Below the pieces are notes generated by a model. The model searched no databases. It was not told the DNA's origin and saw nothing but the letters and a program-made list of their open reading frames with translations. The position numbers and the translations under genes were made by a program. Positions 56,441 to 64,000 of a DNA stretch of 64,000 nt are shown in pieces. This DNA is from Octopus sinensis (Eukaryota), in contig NC_043000.1 of NCBI RefSeq assembly GCF_006345805.1, positions 94,860,001 to 94,924,000 of the forward strand, in the 5' to 3' direction. Numbering within the stretch: the stretch's first letter is position 1; every line of letters starts with the position of its first letter.

Positions 56441-57094
56441 GCGTGTGTGTGTGTGTGTATGTATATATATACATATATATATATATATAATATATATATA
56501 TATATATAATATATATATATATATGTATGTATGTATGTATATATGTATGCTTTATTTTCTGTATTTTTTGTATTGTATTATTTTTCTTATTACTTCCTGT
56601 TTGTATTCAGAGCTTAATCTGGTTTTGTCATTTGTTAATGTATTTTAGCTACTACTGCTATCAACATGCTCTAGTTGATCTTAAGAAAGAAACATTACTT
56701 ATGTAACTAGAAACTGTATTACATCATCTGATGAGTTGCTTTTGTACCGTCAGATGCATTGACATTCATATTTTATTTTCCCAACCGCAAGGGCGAGATG
56801 TAGGATGTGTCGAAAGGATCGTTGTGATAAAGTACAGTAACCAGTACATTCTATCTTCTGTATCTATCGTTTTTATTATACTCAACGCAAACTGAGGAAT
56901 TCCTAATGTAGATCCAGAAACGATTCTGCAATTACCGCGGAATGACGCCAGGGAGTCGTAGGAAGTGAACCCGCTTTATCGGTATACTATTAAGGACATA
57001 CCCAACACGTAAACTTTCCATTTTAAATTCAATTTTAAACTTTAACTCTAAGTCATATATATATATATATATATATATATTATTATTTTACCTA

Positions 57095-57372
57095 TGCCTC
57101 CTTTTCAAGCCTTCCCGGTTTCTGTGGTGTCTGTGTTCCCACCAGCTGGACGGGACGCCAGTCCATCGCAGCGTTACTCAAGAAACAGGAAGAGAGAGTG
57201 AGAGAAAGTTGGGGCGAAAGAGTACAACAGGGGTCGCCACCACCCCCTGTCGTAGCGTCGTGGAGCTTTAGGTGTTTCCGCTCAATAATCACACAACGCC
57301 CGGTCTATGAATCGAAACCGCGATGCTCCAATCGCGAGTCCGCTGCCTTAACCACTGGGCCGTTGCGTCTCC
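57095..57372 (-). mobile_element. SINE family C
   Basis: Co-linear with 4635-4901; tRNA-like head. Confidence 0.78.
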
Positions 57373-57644
57373 ACACACACGCGCGCGCGCGCGCGCGTAT
57401 TTGCATATATTTATATATTTCAACCTTCCACCTTTTACATCTATTTTTCTTGCCTTTCTCGTATTTTGTCTTATTTTATCGTTCTGTCTTAGCTTCTTAT
57501 GCCATGTGGGCATCAGGACTGCGTGAAGGCACGAAGCGTGTTATAAAATGCTGTCTGGATCGTTTTCGTCGCACGAATCTGTTAGTTACACATAAAATTA
57601 TATGCTGTGTTTCTTAAACAATATATATATATTTGTATATATGT

Positions 57645-57759
<115 letters not shown>

Positions 57760-58070
57760 TAGAAGAGAGGGGAAAGAGAGTATTAATGTGTACTCAACAA
57801 AAATATATATCAGTAATTAAGAAGTTGTTTAATCTTATGTTCTTTCACTACAAATCATTGCAGTAAATCCTGATAGGAAACAAGCTTCCTTGTACATATA
57901 TAATTAACTAAGACTGTCTTTTAGAGCCATATATTTAGAATAATATTCAGGGATGTGATATTTTTCATGTCATCGAGAACATTATGAGCTGCATTAATCA
58001 GAAACCATTAGTGCTTTTAAAGATATATATGCACACTTACATACGTATGTATGTACATATACATATGCAT

Positions 58071-58101
<31 letters not shown>

Positions 58102-58137
58102 CAGTATGCACATGTATATATATAAATATATATATAT

Positions 58138-58169
<32 letters not shown>

Positions 58170-58439
58170 ATAGATACATACATACATACATACATAGATA
58201 CATACATATATATACATATATATATATATACATATATATACAGATATATGTATGTATGTATGTATATATACATATATATATATATATTGTGCGGGTGCGT
58301 ATGAGAAATACATGACAATAATCCCAGTGTTTATATATATATATATATATAATGTATGCATGTATGTACATATTCATGTATATGATGAACCTCCCCGTTG
58401 AAGACGATGTGTAAGTGTTCAGCTTAAGCCGAGCGACCT

Positions 58440-58665
58440 ATAGAACTGATTTTTTAATAATGATCAAGTCTATGAGCTGTATATTAGCTTACCCCTCCAT
58501 TAAATCGACCTTGCCTAAAGAGGTGCATGATGTATCACGCGCCAGGCGTCGGGGTGTTTACAGAGCAACGTGAGATGAGGTGTTTGCTCAAGGACGCAAC
58601 AGAACACCTGTTCTAGGAATTGAAATCTCATGATCGTGAGTGCAGCTCTCTAACCACTAGACTAG
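58440..58665 (-). mobile_element. SINE family D-like, decayed
   Basis: Minus strand CTAGTGGTTAGAGAGCTGCACTCACGATC...CCTTGAGCAAACAC. Confidence 0.6.
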
Positions 58666-58699
58666 ACCATGCATATATTTAGAGATATATGGTTGTGTA

Positions 58700-59225
<526 letters not shown>

Positions 59226-59369
59226 ACTTGCTTTTGTTATCTACATTGTAACGGCGGTGTTTTGCATCTTTGTTGGAATCCAGCTTCTTCCTTACAGGAA
59301 CAATTCAAATAATGAAAAATAGAATAAAACCTGTAAGAATAAATGCATATATGCAGCTATGCAGCTTTA

Positions 59370-59830
59370 GAGCTTAACTGCTCCATAGATCAGAACGTTT
59401 CTTTCAATATCAGTGACTAGTAGCATACTTATAGACAGTTCTTTCGTATTTGCAGCTTCTCCATTTAGAAGACGGGAGAGGTATACAGTAATATATATCT
59501 GGAAGATCCTGGAAGGAATTGTGCCAAATTTTGGCATTGAAAGCTACACCAATGCCAGAACGGGACGACACTGCATAGTGCCAAAGGTCCCAGCAATGCC
59601 ATCACGCTTCAGGACCAGTTACTGCAACAACCTGTGTTTCAAAGGCCCACAGCTTTTTAATATACTCCCAATTAGTCTGAGGAACTTGCAGAAAGTAGAT
59701 GTAGAGGTTTTTAAATCAAAGCTGGACCTCTTCCTGTCGAGAGTCCCAGATGAGCCTACTTCACGGCAAACAGGTGCAAATGAGGGTAGCTATATCAAAC
59801 TCCATGCTTCACCAATGGCTACATATTAGA
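59370..59830 (+). mobile_element. CR1-group LINE 3' fragment
   Basis: RRRERYTVIYIWKILEG, GPQLFNILP, FKSKLDLFLSRVPDEP. Confidence 0.8.
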
Positions 59831-61260
59831 GGAGACTCTTAGTAATATCAGTGTAGCAAAACGGCGGTGCATCAGCATGGCCGCAGCTCTGAGCTGAAAC
59901 TAGAGAAAAAATGATTTATACTTATAATTACCGTCCGTTGTATTTTGATGAGTTAGCAACTGTTTAAGAGGTTATTTCAAAATACAAGTTACAATTCATA
60001 GGAAGTTATTAGCTTAGTTATTTACACGTACTTTACACACGCTATATTTAAGTGCAGTAGGGGAAACATGTAATGTTTTCTTGAAGTTCAACATGTAGTT
60101 ATTCAGTGTTGTTCTGTCTATAATCCAGCGATGGAGTTTGATATGTTTGTTAAGAGTTTGTTCTTTTTTCCCCCCTTGCGTGAAAAATTCCGATAATTAC
60201 AATTAAAAAGTAAAATATGGTAGCATCCAAACATACACGCATATCTAATATCTACCTACCTAAACTGTATTCGAGAAGAATCTTTATTTTGCCGAACCAA
60301 ATAAAATACAATAATTGAAAACAGAAAAACAAATGATCATTAGAAAATGTATTTTCAGTTTTCCTTTGTTAAATGCATTTCGAAGATGACGTAAATACAT
60401 TTCCTTTTATTCTAAGGGAGGGGGGATAAGAAAAACTTAATACAAAAATAATAATAATATCATTTTCCTTTAGAAAATCAAATTACAAAGTTAAATAGCT
60501 TTGGGAGAATCTTAACGTTTATGAAATGACTTTGAAGTAAAGAATTATAGATAAAATGAAGCATAATATAATAATCCATATCAGTTTCTATTTATTTGTT
60601 CTATCCTCTGTAATTTTGTAATGGAAAGCCTTATATGAACGAAATGGATATGTTATATAATTGATTGCTCCTACATGCATTTGGAGTCCTTAACAAAGGG
60701 CATGGCATCCTCTTGTATACTACTGGCCGAATTTAATAGCATAAATGTATAGGAATAAATGAAGATTTTCTGATTATTTATAAAAGTATTCTATGAATTC
60801 AAGATAGAAAGTTTTGCTCTCTTATACATAAATCCCCAGTCTCAGTGCTGTAAACTGATCAAGACTAATGAGGATTTACACCTGAGTCTTTCTGGTGGGA
60901 ATATTGTGGCCAACATACTAGATGATGCATCTACAGAGTTCTAGCAAACCAGAGAGTTTTTTTATACAGTCGTTCCACACGATAGCAATTCAAACGTTGT
61001 CTTAAAAAACTATAAAAGTTCAGTAATGTGGTCTCCCGTGTTTTCTTCCTAGAAAGAAACGAAACTGATAACGATGAAACATTTTCGTTAATACGTCTAA
61101 TTAGCCAAAGTTGATTTGGGATTAATCAACGGCAGCAATGAAATATCGCTCTAAATATTTATGCTGATTTAAAAAAAAAACACCAAAGAATGAAATACCG
61201 ATTTGATTGAATTGTACATTATATATTACTAATACTTTTAAATACCGGTGGGTATAACAT

Positions 61261-61659
61261 TTATTGTGTATGTATACAAATATACAACGATGTTAGATGT
61301 AATGTTTTATCTAGGAGAAACTTCTCAAAGAAGCTTGTGACTCCGAACGTTGTTGTTAGATTGTCAGACAATGGAGTTTCAGGGGTTTCAACCACATTTT
61401 GTCTACTTAAGGACAGACATTCCGGATTTTTTGAACAAAGTAGAAAAATACTTTTTCCGGTATATAATTCAGTAAACAAAACTGATATGAGCGGAGGCTG
61501 ACCAGACTTGTAGTTACTGCTCAAAACATCTTCGGCGTTCGTTACCGAGGAGACTATATGAGGACGAAACATTGTGTCTATCGAGCCACTGGTGACGTTG
61601 TGAGCGAGCCCTTGGGTTTTAATACACAAGACGTTTTTGAGAAACTTTCGGAACTTTCT
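61261..61659 (-). CDS. Putative terminal coding exon of an unknown protein
   Basis: Lies within a 163-codon stop-free frame in non-repetitive AT-rich DNA; acceptor TTTTATCTCAG|AGA; AATAAA overlaps the stop codon. Confidence 0.5.
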   Translation of the reverse strand, partial: RKFRKFLKNVLCIKTQGLAHNVTSGSIDTMFRPHIVSSVTNAEDVLSSNYKSGQPPLISVLFTELYTGKSIFLLCSKNPECLSLSRQNVVETPETPLSDNLTTTFGVTSFFEKFLLDKTLHLTSLYICIHTQ

Positions 61660-62025
61660 CTGAGATAAAATATTACAATTTGTGTCATTCAACATTTGTA
61701 TATACATTATAAATATTCTACGTATCGTTATCTTAATTTCATTCTGTTTCAAGTGTGTATATCATATTTACTTTATTACCATAGAATGATAGTAAATATA
61801 GTAACCTAACTGCAGTGTTATTATATACATGTGTATGTGTGCGTGGGTGAGTGGGTGCGCGTGTGCGTGTTATATTGTTGATAGTCAACGCCATGTCGAC
61901 AGTTTGAGCAGAAATATGATCAAAGATGTTTTAGATGTGGCTATCCCACCCTTTAGGGATTCTAGTTCCATATTCATCGCTGATTTCATTCCCTTTTCAA
62001 GTGGTTGGGCATGGAATGATTTCAC

Positions 62026-62072
62026 CTCTATATAAAGCAAATCGTGCAGCACAAATGAGGCTCTTCCATTAG
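62026..62072 (-). CDS. Putative internal exon (A)NGRASFVLHDLLYIE
   Basis: CTAAT..TACTAG acceptor, GAG|GTGAAA donor; phase 1 to phase 0 links the flanking exons. Confidence 0.3.
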
Positions 62073-62303
62073 CTAGTATTAATATTAGCTGTGTTAATGC
62101 AGTGGATCTTTGGAATCGGTGGAAGATAGAATAAAATGCCTGGATGTTATTTAGTTATTTCCCTGTATCTATGTCTAATATTTGGTGTCAGAGGAACTGT
62201 TCAAACAGATTTGTGTCAGACAGCGCAGCGTCCATTCTGTATCATCGGGAGATTTTCAGATACAGAGTTGTAAGTACAAATTGACTGGCTTTTTTTAACA
62301 TAC

Positions 62304-62367
62304 CTGTTAACAATACAAAAAATACCCCATTTAAAAACAGTATCTTCTTCTGGTATATGAGCTTCAT
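62304..62367 (-). CDS. Putative first coding exon, signal-peptide-like MKLIYQKKILFLNGVFFVLLT
   Basis: ATG, basic n-region, hydrophobic h-region, CAG|GTATGT donor in phase 1. Confidence 0.38.
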
Positions 62368-63644
62368 GTTAGCATAAAAGAAACAAAAACATAGTGTTAG
62401 GTAGATGGATTGGGTGGATGAAAGAAATTAATTATGATACTGAGTTATGTCTTTTTACACATTCGGTTTCAATCTGGCCGAAATTGTGTTTTTTAACTTC
62501 ACTTAAGTCAATTAAATATGTACCAGAAATATACAGACACTCTGTAATCAATTTATAAACATCCAGTGACGATGCCTAGCATGGTACCAATATTATAAAT
62601 GAGTATTAGGTTTTTATAGAGAGAAGTTAGCTATTTCAATACGCAGAAATATCTCCTAGATGTAACATTAGATGATAATCAATAAATATGACAGAAGATT
62701 CCCAGTAGACAACATTTGTGTTCATTCAGTATATATTATATTATTTTCAGCAACTACACAGCTGTGAGCTATGGAGTTAAGATAGATATTCAACGTATAC
62801 AGACAATAATAGATTCCTCTGACATTAGTTACATATATATTAATAACATGGAAAAATACATGAGGAGATTATAAAAAAGAAACGAATCTATGCTTTTATT
62901 CGTATGTATGTATGTGTGTGTGTGTGTGGGTGTGTGTGTGTGTGTGTGTGTGTTTATGTGATTGCCGGTGTGCTTGTTTGTTTTACTTGTTAGTTTTTAT
63001 CTCTGAGTTTCCACATTGTATGTATGACAGTATATTTAAATTAGTTAGGATTTTTTATCTTTGTCGCAGCTGCTGGAGAATGTTGAGCTCATTCCGCCTC
63101 TATTGAGCAAACACGTCCCAACCATGACCTTCTCGTCTTTTTTTCTTGTTTGATTGTTTTTCTTTTTGCCTACAATATATCCATTGCTGCCTCAAGCAGT
63201 ATGGTGCAATCTGAACATTTGGTTGCTTCTGCATGTAGATTTACGGGCTATATACAGAATTTATTATAGTAAGATATAGAATCCTTTACAGCAAAGTAGA
63301 TTGTATATCTATACATGATGATCAAAATACGCGCCAGTATATGTGATAAGAAACGGAGTATTGCCCAGCAACCACTCCACATATGCGTTATAAGAATAGG
63401 CTTTTGAGTACACTACTGGAAAAAGTGGGTGAATTTATATATGAGGATGTGCAATCTGAAATGGTCTGATATTTATTATAGACGACCATTTGAAATGAAC
63501 TGAGGGTTTACGAGTTCTATACTGAAAAACGCTAGAATCGTGTTTCAAGAAACGATAACTGAATATGTTAAATATTACTTTATGGATTCGACAATACCAC
63601 CTATAGTATTTTGAAATAATTATTAATATATTAGACACAGGAAA

Positions 63645-64000
63645 GACAGCGAGCTGGCAGAATATTCAGCACGCCGGGTGAAATGCTTAGCGGTATTTCG
63701 TCTGCCGTTACGTTAATACCTATGTCTGTCCTTATTGTTCCCCTCTATGTTTAGCCCCTTGTGGATAATAAAGAAATAGGTATTTCGTCTGCGGTTACGT
63801 TCTGAGTTCCAATTCTGCCGAGGTCGACTTTGCCTTTCATCCTTTCAGGGTCGATAAATTAAGTACCAGTTGCATACTGGGGTCGATGTAACCGACTTGA
63901 TCCGTTTGTCTGTCCTTGTTTGTCCTCTCTATGTTTAGCCCCTTGTGGGTAATAAAGAAATAGGTATTACGTTCTGAGTTCCAATTCTGCCGAGGTCGAC
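63645..64000 (+). mobile_element. SINE family B tandem multimer, runs off the window end
   Basis: GAGTTCCAATTCTGCCGAGGTCGAC at 63804 and 63976 (period 172). Confidence 0.88.

Noticed and set aside
62190-62267. Plus-strand exon candidate ending in GTAAGT, open in all three frames
   Set aside because: No partner exons found, and it lies antisense in intron 1 of the better-supported minus model; not excluded

Overview
AT-rich eukaryotic DNA, most likely cephalopod (Octopus-like). That call rests on my recollection of the SINE families and on the very high microsatellite density; it was not checked by any search. The window is mostly decayed mobile elements: R4/Dong-clade non-LTR elements in (AAT)n/(ATC)n tracts, several Penelope-like elements, CR1-group, RTE and Tx1/L1 LINE fragments, a Ty3/Gypsy pol fragment, mariner and DD37D (maT) DNA transposons, MITEs and at least four SINE families. 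Most ORFs in the supplied track are translated microsatellites or antisense shadows. I recognised no host gene with certainty. The best host-coding candidate is a phase-consistent 3-exon minus-strand model at 61.3-62.4 kb encoding a 169-aa protein with a signal-peptide-like N-terminus. Other notable observations are hammerhead-ribozyme-like motifs in Penelope-type ends, a near-perfect 288-bp palindrome, several other fold-backs, a back-to-back Penelope pair, and a SINE that forms head-[core-linker]n multimers. No CRISPR array, rRNA or true tRNA gene was seen. I cannot confirm a novel system. Repeat boundaries were read by eye and are approximate unless TIRs or TSDs are quoted.
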